The translations under genes were made by a program, and so were the position numbers. This document shows positions 51,771 to 60,755 of a DNA stretch of 64,000 bases, piece after piece. Below the pieces are notes generated by a model. It was not told the DNA's origin. It saw only the letters and a list, made by a program, of their open reading frames with translations, and ran no database searches. How positions within the stretch are numbered: position 1 is the first letter of the stretch; every line of letters starts with the position of its first letter. This DNA is from a bacterium (GTDB taxonomy: Bacteria; Patescibacteriota; UBA1384; XYA2-FULL-43-10; JAKAMI01), in NCBI GenBank assembly GCA_021812945.1, contig JAKAMI010000001.1, forward strand, positions 3,637-67,636, given 5' to 3'.

Positions 51771-52058
51771 ATGCCAATGTCGCATAAGCAAGCAGAGTCG
51801 TTGGTGAGAAAAGTTCGAGCCCAGATCAGACAGGAGGCAAACGCGAGAATTACAGCCATCAGGGCTGAGTCCGCCCGGGCGCAAGGACTTGTCGCCGTCC
51901 TTGACGAAGATAATGATTCGACCATTACGATCGGGGGGATTCACTGCTTCAACGAGATGGCTACCTACCAATCAGATAGCCAGATCATCAACAACTTGGT
52001 TGAGAAGGCCCAGCAGAAAGCAGCTACGCGGGCTCTTACACCCGCGACTTCTACCTGA
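51771..52058 (+). CDS. Hypothetical protein
   Basis: ATG behind GGAGG; followed by GC-rich hairpin 52084-52110. Confidence 0.6.
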   Translation: MPMSHKQAESLVRKVRAQIRQEANARITAIRAESARAQGLVAVLDEDNDSTITIGGIHCFNEMATYQSDSQIINNLVEKAQQKAATRALTPATST

Positions 52059-52176
52059 AGCCGCGACGGTCAAGACACAAGCAGGCCCCGGGGCCGACCG
52101 GCCCCGGGCCCAACTGCTCCTGACATTGTTTGCTTGGTTTGATAATATTAGTTTGTAGCAAAATGTGGCTTGTTCC

Positions 52177-52280
52177 GTCATCCTTAAGCTGATGTCTGTG
52201 ATCCTTAAGCTTGTTCTGTCATCCTGAGCTTGCGAAGGATCTCTACTTATGGAATAGATCCTTCGCAAGCTCAGGATGAC
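52177..52280. repeat. Family B doublet (25-bp perfect arms, 13-nt spacer) with two upstream stutter units
   Basis: GTCATCCTGAGCTTGCGAAGGATCT-ctacttatggaat-AGATCCTTCGCAAGCTCAGGATGAC. Confidence 0.92.
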
Positions 52281-52319
52281 AAAATACGACGATAGACTCT
52301 AATTATTCACATCTGGTCT

Positions 52320-54086
52320 ATGAAATTGCTGGGAGGTAAATTTCTATGGCTCGGATTTTCTGTTCTGGTCGTCTTTTTATTGTTCCCGAATCAGGCTAAA
52401 GCCACCTCCGATCACTTGGTTATCAACGAACTCCTTCCTAACCCAAACACCGACGAAAAAGAATGGGTGGAAATCTATAACCCGACGGCCGCTTCCGTCG
52501 ATTTTGGCAACTACGTACTTATGGATGGAAGTAAAACCAAAAAAACCTTGTCTGGGTTTGTTGATCCGGACAGTTATTTTGTTTTATCCGTCTCAAGCGG
52601 TTGGCTAAACAATGACGGCGAGATTCTATTCTTGCTTCAGGAAAACAACAGTTTGATTATCGATCAAGCCGCATACGGTAATTGGTCGGACAAGGTGCTG
52701 GACGCTAATCTTGATTTTGACGGCACAAGCAATTTCAAACCGGCCCCGGCCAAAGGCCAATCGATCTCCAGAATTCCAAACGGACAAGATACCGATGTCG
52801 ATAAAAACGATTTTCGGATTGTGGCATCGACTCCGGGGACAAAGAATGTATTGCCGGTTTATCCCGACTCGATTAAGATCAACGAGGTCTTGCCGGCGCC
52901 GGCTAACGGCCAAGAAGAATTTGTCGAATTATATAATACGGGAGACCAAATAGTCGATCTCTCCGGCTGGCAACTGGACGATGCCGGGGACGGTAGCTCT
53001 CCTTACCCGATTCCGGACGGGACAACAGTTGATGCCGGCGGATATTTGATAATTAACCATGCCCAATCTAAAATATATTTCAACGACAGCGGCGACAGCG
53101 TTCGGCTATTCGATCCAAACGGGGATTTGAAAGATATGCTGGTATACGATAAAGCCAAAACCGGTTTTTCTTTCGCCAATGTTGGAGGCGCTTGGCAATG
53201 GACTAACCAACCTACGCCTTATTCTAAAAATCAATCTTCGATTTTGGAAGCGGGATCGGATTCTCCGAATTATCCGCAACTCTCTATCGACCAGGCCAAA
53301 GAACTGAAAATCGGCTCTTATGTTAAAGTCAGGGGTAAGATCAGTGTCAAAAACGGAGTTTTATCCAAGCATTATTTCTATCTGGAGGATAACACCGGCG
53401 GCCTGCAGATTTACAGCTACGACGCGGCTTTCCCCGAGCTGGTCGACGGACAGCCGGTCGAGGCCAAAGGAGAGTTATCGTCTTATCACGATGAGTTGAG
53501 ATTAAAAGTCTCTCCAGTAAGCGATATCTTAGTCATTCAGCCATCCAAAAATCCTCCGCCGGCGATCGCGCCGGTCACTCCGAAACCGATCACCGGCCAA
53601 CCCCTCCTAGTAACCGACGTCGGCCGTTTGGTTAGCCTAAAAGGCAAAGTCATAAAAAATAGCGGCCAGGACATTTATTTATCTCATCAAGACGGACCAG
53701 TAAAGGTTTATTTGATTGATTTGACCGGTATCAAAAAACCAAGACTAAAAACCGGCCGCGAGCTTGAAGTTACCGGCATTTTAAGTTACTATGATGACTA
53801 CTTCCGCCTTCTGCCACGCTATCAATCCGATATCAAAGTGCTCGAGACTTTACCAAATTCCGGAAGCGGACTATTCTTTCCCCTATTATTTGCGAGTCTA
53901 ACAACATTTTTGATTTATCTACTAACAGATCATCACGAAATACGACGAGCGTACTACTTCTACAAAAGACAACGTTTCTATCGAACGGAAAGTTCGAGGC
54001 GAGCTTTTGCTGAATTTCGACGGTTTAGAAGTGCTTTGAGACAACGATCTCAAAGAGCGCCTAGAAATTCAGCGAAGGCGAGCTGA
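52320..54086 (+). CDS. Surface protein with two lamin-tail domains and OB folds
   Basis: Signal peptide; INELLPNP...EWVEIYN and INEVLPAP...EFVELYN; FYLEDNTGGLQIY; RLLPR; C-terminal TM. Confidence 0.85.
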   Translation: MKLLGGKFLWLGFSVLVVFLLFPNQAKATSDHLVINELLPNPNTDEKEWVEIYNPTAASVDFGNYVLMDGSKTKKTLSGFVDPDSYFVLSVSSGWLNNDGEILFLLQENNSLIIDQAAYGNWSDKVLDANLDFDGTSNFKPAPAKGQSISRIPNGQDTDVDKNDFRIVASTPGTKNVLPVYPDSIKINEVLPAPANGQEEFVELYNTGDQIVDLSGWQLDDAGDGSSPYPIPDGTTVDAGGYLIINHAQSKIYFNDSGDSVRLFDPNGDLKDMLVYDKAKTGFSFANVGGAWQWTNQPTPYSKNQSSILEAGSDSPNYPQLSIDQAKELKIGSYVKVRGKISVKNGVLSKHYFYLEDNTGGLQIYSYDAAFPELVDGQPVEAKGELSSYHDELRLKVSPVSDILVIQPSKNPPPAIAPVTPKPITGQPLLVTDVGRLVSLKGKVIKNSGQDIYLSHQDGPVKVYLIDLTGIKKPRLKTGRELEVTGILSYYDDYFRLLPRYQSDIKVLETLPNSGSGLFFPLLFASLTTFLIYLLTDHHEIRRAYYFYKRQRFYRTESSRRAFAEFRRFRSALRQRSQRAPRNSAKAS

Positions 54087-54120
54087 GATTGCTACGTCGA
54101 TGACTCCTCGCAATGACGAA
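54085..54120. repeat. Family B-related element upstream of tsaE
   Basis: 35/36 identical to 12873-12908. Confidence 0.9.
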
Positions 54121-54127
54121 AGAGAAA

Positions 54128-54553
54128 ATGGAAAAGATTCTCCACAACTTGGCTGATGCCCGAAGATTGGCATCCAAGATCGCCGGCAGGGTCAAATCCG
54201 GTCAGGTTTTTGCTTTTTACGGTGATCTAGGCGCCGGCAAAACCACCCTGATTCAGCAGATCGCTCTCAAGCTGGGAGTTGAGGAACCGGTCACCAGCCC
54301 GACTTTTGTCATCCAAAAAAAATACGCCACAAACAAAGGTTTCGATCTGATCCACATCGATTGCTATAGATTCCATAATGCCGTCGAGGCGCAAGATATC
54401 GGACTATTTGAGCTAATGAACCCTAGTAATGTCTGCTTTGTCGAATGGGCTGATAAGATAGAGCCGCTTCTGCCGAAAGATACCGTGAGGATTTTTTTGG
54501 CATATCTGAGCGAGACCGATCGCAAGGTCAGAATCGAGGGATTAGATGTATAG
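54128..54553 (+). CDS. tsaE: tRNA t6A biosynthesis ATPase TsaE
   Basis: GDLGAGKTT, VTSPTF, HIDCYR, VEW. Confidence 0.96.
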   Translation: MEKILHNLADARRLASKIAGRVKSGQVFAFYGDLGAGKTTLIQQIALKLGVEEPVTSPTFVIQKKYATNKGFDLIHIDCYRFHNAVEAQDIGLFELMNPSNVCFVEWADKIEPLLPKDTVRIFLAYLSETDRKVRIEGLDV

Positions 54554-54938
54554 CCTGTATCTTGACACCACAACCAAAGAAATCCGCATTTTATTGATCA
54601 AGAACGATAATATTGTGTCCGAGAAACAGTTTGCTTCAAATGATAATTCTGAGAACCAATTTATCGGCCAGATTGATAAATTGCTCAAAGAAAATAAGTT
54701 GGGGATTGATGATATTGATAATCTGATTGTCAATGTTGGCCCCGGCGGTTTTACCGGCACCCGAATCAGCGTGGCGTTTGCCAATGCCTTAAAACTCGCT
54801 CGACCCGAACTTAAGCTTTTTGGGATCAGTAACCCCGAATCACCGAAAGAAATTTTCGATATTCTTAAAGGTCGGCAAGTCGATATCCTGTCTGCAACTT
54901 ATTATTCAGGGCCATCTATCACCCGCCCCAACAGATAG
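54546..54938 (+). CDS. tsaB: Short TsaB-like protein
   Basis: LYLDTT, VNVGPGGFTGTRI; overlaps tsaE stop. Confidence 0.85.
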   Translation: MYSLYLDTTTKEIRILLIKNDNIVSEKQFASNDNSENQFIGQIDKLLKENKLGIDDIDNLIVNVGPGGFTGTRISVAFANALKLARPELKLFGISNPESPKEIFDILKGRQVDILSATYYSGPSITRPNR

Positions 54939-55147
54939 CAACCCTTTGACCATTGACTCGCATTATCGAAATTCGCTAGAATAGGTAGGTCCTTACTTCG
55001 CGGTAGGGGCAACCGAAAAGAAGATCCAAACGGTCTTTTTTTGTTCGACGAAAGACGCTGCATGACTTGCGGCGTTTTTTGCTTTCAGACTCTTGACATT
55101 TTGTGGTATAATACGGATAGATTAGTATTAACATTTGGGAGGTCCAA

Positions 55148-55363
55148 ATGAAAAAGATGGGAACCGTCTCATGGATCGCGATGATCCTGGTCCTTATTGG
55201 AGGATTGAATTGGGGCTTGGTCGGCTTTTTTAGCTGGGACTTGGTCGCTAAAATCTTTGGCGATATGGCCACCGTCTCCCGCATAGTTTACGCCCTAGTT
55301 GGCCTCAGCGCTCTGTATCTTGTACTCTCAATGTTCGGTAGCGGCGGGGAAAAGTCCGAATAG
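55148..55363 (+). CDS. DUF378-family small membrane protein
   Basis: LVLIGGLNWGLVG...DLVAKIFG...RIVYALVGLSAL; GGAGG RBS; TG.TATAAT at 55104-55112. Confidence 0.9.
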   Translation: MKKMGTVSWIAMILVLIGGLNWGLVGFFSWDLVAKIFGDMATVSRIVYALVGLSALYLVLSMFGSGGEKSE

Positions 55364-55374
55364 TTGAAACAATC

Positions 55375-55420
55375 TTGTCAACACAAAAACCACCCATGAT
55401 GGCGGTTTTTGTGTTGACAA
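55375..55420 (+). terminator. Inverted repeat after the DUF378 gene; its 3' arm contains the rnpB -35 box
   Basis: TTGTCAACACAAAAACC...GGTTTTTGTGTTGACAA. Confidence 0.65.
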
Positions 55421-55441
55421 TCCGCTATAAATAGCTATAAT
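55414..55441 (+). promoter_or_regulatory. Consensus sigma70 promoter for rnpB
   Basis: TTGACA-16 bp-TATAAT ending 5 nt before the P1 helix. Confidence 0.85.
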
Positions 55442-55474
55442 TAAACTGCTTAAGTGAACCGGGTAATAGCCCTA

Positions 55475-55641
55475 CCGTGTAAAGCACGGAATGATCAAAA
55501 TAATATTCAATGATCAAGGATCAGTTAATGTTCAATTATCAATGATCAAGCAAGTACTTGAAAGTTGAAACTTGATATTTAATTGAAAATTGATATTTGA
55601 AACTTGAAAATTAATCTTTGATACTTCCGCGCTTTGCGCGG
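55475..55641 (+). repeat. Hairpin element copy 1 (167 bp) in rnpB P3 loop
   Basis: CCGTGTAAAGCACGGAA...TTCCGCGCTTTGCGCGG between CCCTA and CTGGGG. Confidence 0.93.
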
Positions 55642-55738
55642 CTGGGGAGGAAAGTCCGGGCACCAAAGAGTATGGCACCAATGAAAGTTGGCTGGCGTAA
55701 TGCCACGGGAATAGTGCAACAGAAAACATACCGCCGAA

Positions 55739-55912
55739 CCGTGTAAAGCACGGAATGATCAAAATAATATTCAATGGTCAATGATCAATGATCAGTTAAT
55801 ATCCAATTATCAATAATCAATTTAACTATTGAAAATTGAGAATTGATACTTAATTGAAAATTGACACTTGAAACTTGAAAATTAATCTTTGATACTTCCG
55901 CGCTTTGCGCGG
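55739..55912 (+). repeat. Hairpin element copy 2 (174 bp) in rnpB P12 loop
   Basis: Same termini, between ACCGCCGAA and TGGTAAGG. Confidence 0.93.
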
Positions 55913-56076
55913 TGGTAAGGTTGAAATCGTAGTGTAAGAGACTACGCGTTTGATGGGAAACTATCAACTGTGAAAACCCTGCCTGGTGCAAGTTGGGTGG
56001 GCCCTTTATCATCATTTGCGGCTTCTCGTCGCGATGACCTCGGGTCCCAACGCTTAGATAGATTATTGCCGCCGCG

Positions 56077-56250
56077 CCGTGTAAAGCACGGAATGATCAA
56101 AACAATGTTCAAGGATCAATGGTCAATGATCAGTTAATATCCAATTATCAATGATCAAGCGAGTACTTGAAAATTGAGACTTGATATTTAATTGAAAATT
56201 GATATTTGAAACTTGAAAATTTATCTTTGATACTTCCGCGCTTTGCGCGG
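56077..56250 (+). repeat. Hairpin element copy 3 (174 bp) in rnpB P19 loop
   Basis: Same termini, between GCCGCG and CGAGGT-ACAGAA. Confidence 0.93.
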
Positions 56251-56414
56251 CGAGGTACAGAACCCGGCTTATAGGTTCGTTTAAGCACAGAGCTACATTT
56301 AGGCCTCCGTAACTTTATGGCCTGTCCCCTTCGGGGGAATGTGGCGACACCCCTACTAGCGTGGGGGTGTTTTAATTTTCTAAAATTAGTTTGTAGCGAA
56401 ATGTAGCTTGTTCT

Positions 56415-56477
56415 GTCATCCTGAGCTTGCGAAGGATCTATTCTATAGGTAGAGATCCTTCGCAAGCTCAGGATGAC
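56415..56477. repeat. Family B doublet (25-bp perfect arms, 13-nt spacer)
   Basis: GTCATCCTGAGCTTGCGAAGGATCT-attctataggtag-AGATCCTTCGCAAGCTCAGGATGAC. Confidence 0.92.
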
Positions 56478-56496
56478 AAAATATCAATCGGAGAGC

Positions 56497-57459
56497 TCAA
56501 TCATTAGTAATTTTCTTTACCTCTCCCTCCTTTAGCTCAACCCCATCGGACTTTTTAACCTCCTCCAGATATTGGTCGATTTTATCAAGACCCGCATCGA
56601 CATTCGTCTCCGGTTTTCCCGGTTCTTCAAGCCCTTGTTCATCGCTGATCCCGCGATCGGAGTTTTGCTCGTTCATCACCCCATCTCCTAATAACGACTG
56701 GGGAGGCTGCTGATATTGTTCAAAACTTGGTTCGGACTCATCATTCGCGCCACTAAAGTTATCACCTGTACGGTTTTCGGACAGGCTAGGATTCTCTGAA
56801 TTGTTCCGATCCAGCATCGGCAAACTCTCGATATATCTCGGATCGGCCGGGTTATTTTGTAATTCCTGAGCGGGCGGTTGAATCCTGGTTATGACCCCTT
56901 GCTCAATATTTTGCTCGGTTAGAATCCGATCCCGTTCGATCTGACTCTCGTGCAAATCGGCAATTTTTTTAGAGACTCGGTAGGGATGAGGGACGGAATA
57001 AAAAACAAAGTTCTCTCGCTCTCCAGCGGTCTGGATATGAACGTCTCCGTAGTGGAACATGGTCGGGAAGAAACCTTCGACTTTGGCGCTGACATCTTGA
57101 ACCTCTCTTAAGTGCAGTTCGGCGATTTCACGCCTAAAAAAACCGATTTGGCGGATATCGACTATTCTTTCGTCGGTAATTATGTAAACGTCGAGATAAT
57201 AATCGACAAAACCGTAAAGCAAAAGTCCGATGATAAAGAGCAGGTAGGCCGATCCGCCCAGAGTCAATAAGCTGTTCACAAGTTCGCTGCTGAACGTATC
57301 CGGAGAATGAATATAGAGAGCAACCAGTATGGCCAGGGGAATCATCATTATCATAGCTATGACTAAAAATGAGATGTAAGTGATCACGTCTCTTCTTAGA
57401 ACCAGAAAAATTCTTTCACTGGGCGCTTGACCCGGAAAATATCGACCCTCGATAGCCAT
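56497..57459 (-). CDS. Membrane protein with bacterial PH domain and acidic tail
   Basis: 2 TM, YIITDERIVDI.Q.GFF.R...L..VQDV...YGDVHIQTAG. Confidence 0.82.
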   Translation of the reverse strand: MAIEGRYFPGQAPSERIFLVLRRDVITYISFLVIAMIMMIPLAILVALYIHSPDTFSSELVNSLLTLGGSAYLLFIIGLLLYGFVDYYLDVYIITDERIVDIRQIGFFRREIAELHLREVQDVSAKVEGFFPTMFHYGDVHIQTAGERENFVFYSVPHPYRVSKKIADLHESQIERDRILTEQNIEQGVITRIQPPAQELQNNPADPRYIESLPMLDRNNSENPSLSENRTGDNFSGANDESEPSFEQYQQPPQSLLGDGVMNEQNSDRGISDEQGLEEPGKPETNVDAGLDKIDQYLEEVKKSDGVELKEGEVKKITND

Positions 57460-57480
57460 AAATATCCTTTGATGATTCGA

Positions 57481-57708
57481 TTATGTTGCCGGCAAACCCA
57501 TAGTCCAAGAATGAGTCAGGATTAGAACAATAGAGGCAACAATTATAAGACTGGCAATAATAACGTATACCACCATCACCGGTTTGGTCAGATCGCCGAC
57601 ATAACCGAATCGCCAAAGATGGTACAAGCCGGCAATACTGAAAAGCGCAAAGCCGATCAGATAAACGATGTAAATGAGTAAAAAATAGATCATAATTACT
57701 TTTAGCAC
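57481..57708 (-). CDS. Small membrane protein
   Basis: Two TMs around YHLWRFGYVGD. Confidence 0.65.
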   Translation of the reverse strand: MLKVIMIYFLLIYIVYLIGFALFSIAGLYHLWRFGYVGDLTKPVMVVYVIIASLIIVASIVLILTHSWTMGLPAT

Positions 57709-57755
57709 AAATCGGGGCGATGATTCAAGACTGGGGGCAATTCGACATCATTATT

Positions 57756-58769
57756 CTAAATCAGCTTAGCCTGGCCACCGGCTGATTTCCGGCCAAGGTG
57801 TTCATATCCTCCCGGAGTGACGATCCGTCCCTGACGGGTACGATCGATGAAACCAATCTGCAACAGGTAAGGTTCTATAACATCCTCAACCGTGTCCCGA
57901 TCTTCGGAAATGGCAGTGGCGATGGTGTCGATACCGACCGGTCCGCCGGAAAATTTATCGATAATGCACTCCAAGTAGCATCTATCATTTTTATCTAGCC
58001 CTAGACTATCTATTTTCAGTTGGTCAAGCGCTTTCTTGGCAATTTCCGCCGTGATTTTGCCTTGATGCAAAACTTCGGCATAGTCGCGGATACGTTTCAG
58101 CAACCGGTTGGCAATCCGCGGAGTTTTGCGAGCTCGTTTGGCGATCTCCTCAAGTCCCCCTTTATCTATCTCAACTTTTAATATTTTGGCTGCTCGTTTG
58201 ATGATTTGTTCCAGCTCTTCCTCAGAGTAAAATTCCAACCGCATGACATGACCGAAACGATCGCGCAGGGGAGAGGAAAGAGCGCCAACTTTGGTAGTGG
58301 CACCGACCAAGGTAAATTTGGGCAAATCTATCCGCATGGTCCGGGCCGAAGGACCCTTGCCTAGAACTAAGTCGATGGCGTAGTCTTCCATCGCCGGATA
58401 CAAAACTTCCTCAATGTTGCGGTTGAGACGATGAATTTCATCGACAAATAAAATGTCACCGTCGGTTAGATTGGTTAAAATCGACGCCAAATCGCCCGCC
58501 CGTTCAATGGCCGGTCCGGAGGTAACGCGAATACCGGTCTGCATCTCGTTGGCGATGATATGCGCCAGGGTGGTTTTGCCGAGCCCCGGCGGACCATATA
58601 ATATTAAATGTTCGAGCGGCTCCTGCCGCTTCTTGGCCGCTTGCAGACTGATCAGTAAGTTCTCCCGTATCGCTTCTTGACCGATATATTCGTCCAATTT
58701 TCGCGGTCGCAAAGTCACTAAGATTTCTTCCTCGACCTGCTCCTTGGGATCTTTAATATCGTCTTCCAT
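57756..58769 (-). CDS. ruvB: Holliday junction helicase RuvB
   Basis: [43 protein letters not shown]. Confidence 0.99.
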   Translation of the reverse strand: MEDDIKDPKEQVEEEILVTLRPRKLDEYIGQEAIRENLLISLQAAKKRQEPLEHLILYGPPGLGKTTLAHIIANEMQTGIRVTSGPAIERAGDLASILTNLTDGDILFVDEIHRLNRNIEEVLYPAMEDYAIDLVLGKGPSARTMRIDLPKFTLVGATTKVGALSSPLRDRFGHVMRLEFYSEEELEQIIKRAAKILKVEIDKGGLEEIAKRARKTPRIANRLLKRIRDYAEVLHQGKITAEIAKKALDQLKIDSLGLDKNDRCYLECIIDKFSGGPVGIDTIATAISEDRDTVEDVIEPYLLQIGFIDRTRQGRIVTPGGYEHLGRKSAGGQAKLI

Positions 58770-58800
58770 AACTTTATAACTTTACAAACTTTATAACTTT

Positions 58801-59385
58801 CTACTTGCTTAGGTTCTTAAGCAGCCATCTTATTTTTCCCTCCGAATCGCCAATCTCTGCCGGCACCTTCGGAATCATCTTGACGATCTCGGCTCGTTTA
58901 TAGCCGAGTGATTCCAGCGCCTCCACCACCTCGTCGGCCTCTATGGTCTGGCCGATGACGCCACTGCCGTCCATCCCGCTTATCTTTGATTTTAGATCCA
59001 AAATAATCTTGGCCGCCACTTTCTTGCCGATGCCGGAAATGGCGGTAAAAAATCCCAGATCTTCGTTGACGATTGAGGCGATGATCCGGTCTGAAGACGC
59101 TGAGGCCATTATCAACATTCCCGCCTTTGGTCCGACCCCGTTGACCGAGATCAATTTTTCGAAAAGTTCTAACTCTTCAAACGTCCTAAAGCCATAAAAA
59201 TCATCCGCATCCTCCCGAATGTTCTCATAAATGAACAACTCTATAATTCCGGATTCTTCCTTTATTTTGAGATTTGAGATCTGAACTTTGAGATCTGTAA
59301 AAACTTTGTACCCGACCCCGCCGACATCCAGCACCACAAATCCCGGTTTCTCCAATATTATTTTTCCGCGCAAAAATGAAATCAT
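58801..59385 (-). CDS. ruvA: Holliday junction protein RuvA
   Basis: MISFLRG, GVGY, LISVNGVGPK, GIGKKVAAKIILDLK, ALESLGY. Confidence 0.97.
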   Translation of the reverse strand: MISFLRGKIILEKPGFVVLDVGGVGYKVFTDLKVQISNLKIKEESGIIELFIYENIREDADDFYGFRTFEELELFEKLISVNGVGPKAGMLIMASASSDRIIASIVNEDLGFFTAISGIGKKVAAKIILDLKSKISGMDGSGVIGQTIEADEVVEALESLGYKRAEIVKMIPKVPAEIGDSEGKIRWLLKNLSK

Positions 59386-60719
59386 TTAACAATGCTTAAT
59401 AATTTTTCTTTCTCTCGTTTGAGAATTTCTTGGCTCTTGGCCTCCATGTTTAGTTTTACTACCGGCTCGGTGTTTGAGCCTCGAAGGTTGAAACGAAACT
59501 CTGGCGACTCCACCGTCAGCCCGTCAAGCTCATTTTGGGAGAATTCTCGATAATTCTCCTTAACGGTTTTAATCATTTCGGCTGGATCTTCGACCTGAAA
59601 TTTGATTTCTTCGCTCAAAGCATGACCGGCTTGATATTTTGAGAGTAGCTGGGAAAGTTTCTGACCGCTTTCTGAAATTATCTGCCAAACCAGTAAAAAT
59701 GGTATTATACCGTTGTCGCAGTAATGGTTTTCTTTAAAGAAATAATGAGCAGTCATTTCAGCTCCAAACTCGGCTCCCTCTTTTAACATTTTTTCCTTAA
59801 GAAAACGATAACCGGCTTTTGTTGAGAAAAATTGACCGTCGTTTTCGGTGACTGCTTTTTCGATTGGCCAAATAATTCTGGCATCGCCAACGACTTTCAG
59901 TTTAGGATATTTTTTGGAAAGCTGTTCGCACAATAAGGCTGTAATATACGGGGCGTCGATAAAATTGCCCGCTTCGTCGAGAAAGAAACACCGATCTCCA
60001 TCGCCATCCCAGATAACCCCGAATTCAGCACCAGATTTTTTGAATTTTTCAACAGATCCCCCTCTAACCTGGCTGTTTAAGGGGTTCGGTTCGGACAAAC
60101 CACCAAAATTTTGATCCGGGTCAGCGTTATTGTACACCGGTTCGACCGGCAATTCGTTCAAGAGGTCTTTAATGATTAAGCCCACAGAACCATAGAGTGG
60201 ATCAAAAAAGATTTTTGTTTTCTTTAGCTTGCTAATATTTACAAACTTTAATAAAAACTTAATATAATCTTTGTTTATATTCACTTCAGTGGCTGAACCC
60301 TTGTCTCCAAGAGAATCGAAGTTGCCTTCGATCACCCCGGACTTCAACTCGGTATCTTCGCCCGGGATAGAGACTGCGCCCTTACTCATCATTTTAATCC
60401 CACCGTAGCCGACCGGATTATGAGAAGCGGAGGCTATGATCCCGCCATCGTAAGCGTAAAACCAAGTGGCAAAACCAATCATCGGATTGGTCATTCGGCC
60501 AGCTAAAAAAACATCTACACCCTGATCGATTAGCCCTTCGACGATCTGGTCGTAAATTTCATCCGAAGCTTGCCGCATATCTTTGCCGACAATAACCTGC
60601 TTTGGTTTGATTTTTTTAGCGTAGGAAACTGCAATTTTATAAGCAATTTCTCCGTTTAGTTGATCCGGATAAATCCCCCGTACATCGTAAGCCTTAAAAA
60701 TCTTCTCGTTAATCTCCAT
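59382..60719 (-). CDS. Phosphomannomutase/phosphoglucomutase
   Basis: IFKAYDVRG, SASHNP, DGDGDR, RGSNTEP. Confidence 0.95.
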   Translation of the reverse strand: MEINEKIFKAYDVRGIYPDQLNGEIAYKIAVSYAKKIKPKQVIVGKDMRQASDEIYDQIVEGLIDQGVDVFLAGRMTNPMIGFATWFYAYDGGIIASASHNPVGYGGIKMMSKGAVSIPGEDTELKSGVIEGNFDSLGDKGSATEVNINKDYIKFLLKFVNISKLKKTKIFFDPLYGSVGLIIKDLLNELPVEPVYNNADPDQNFGGLSEPNPLNSQVRGGSVEKFKKSGAEFGVIWDGDGDRCFFLDEAGNFIDAPYITALLCEQLSKKYPKLKVVGDARIIWPIEKAVTENDGQFFSTKAGYRFLKEKMLKEGAEFGAEMTAHYFFKENHYCDNGIIPFLLVWQIISESGQKLSQLLSKYQAGHALSEEIKFQVEDPAEMIKTVKENYREFSQNELDGLTVESPEFRFNLRGSNTEPVVKLNMEAKSQEILKREKEKLLSIVK

Positions 60720-60755
60720 CTTGTCTCCTGAACACTAAATTGATTAAATGATTTA

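Larger units (their letters stand above)
55447..56287 (+). ncRNA. rnpB: RNase P RNA (A-type, apparently lacking P18) with three large insertions
   Basis: P1 TGCTTAAGTGAACC / GGTTCGTTTAAGCA; GAGGAAAGTCCGGGC (55647); AGTGCAACAGAAA; GGTAAGGTTGAAA; GCAAG; ACAGAACCCGGCTTAT (56257); P2, P5, P13, P14, P15 pair by eye. Confidence 0.95.

Noticed and set aside
54546..54938. tsaB as a pseudogene because it is short
   Set aside because: Intact frame, key motif present, coupled to tsaE, and no missing half found downstream
55475..56250. Three repeats with unique spacers read as a CRISPR array
   Set aside because: Repeats are about 170 bp, the spacers are conserved RNase P RNA segments, and no cas genes are present
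55475..56250. rnpB inserts as group I/II introns
   Set aside because: Too short, simple hairpins, no intron core motifs or ORF
55532..56465. Minus-strand ORFs 55532-55774, 55785-56015, 56148-56465
   Set aside because: Antisense to rnpB; their shared peptides come from the repeat
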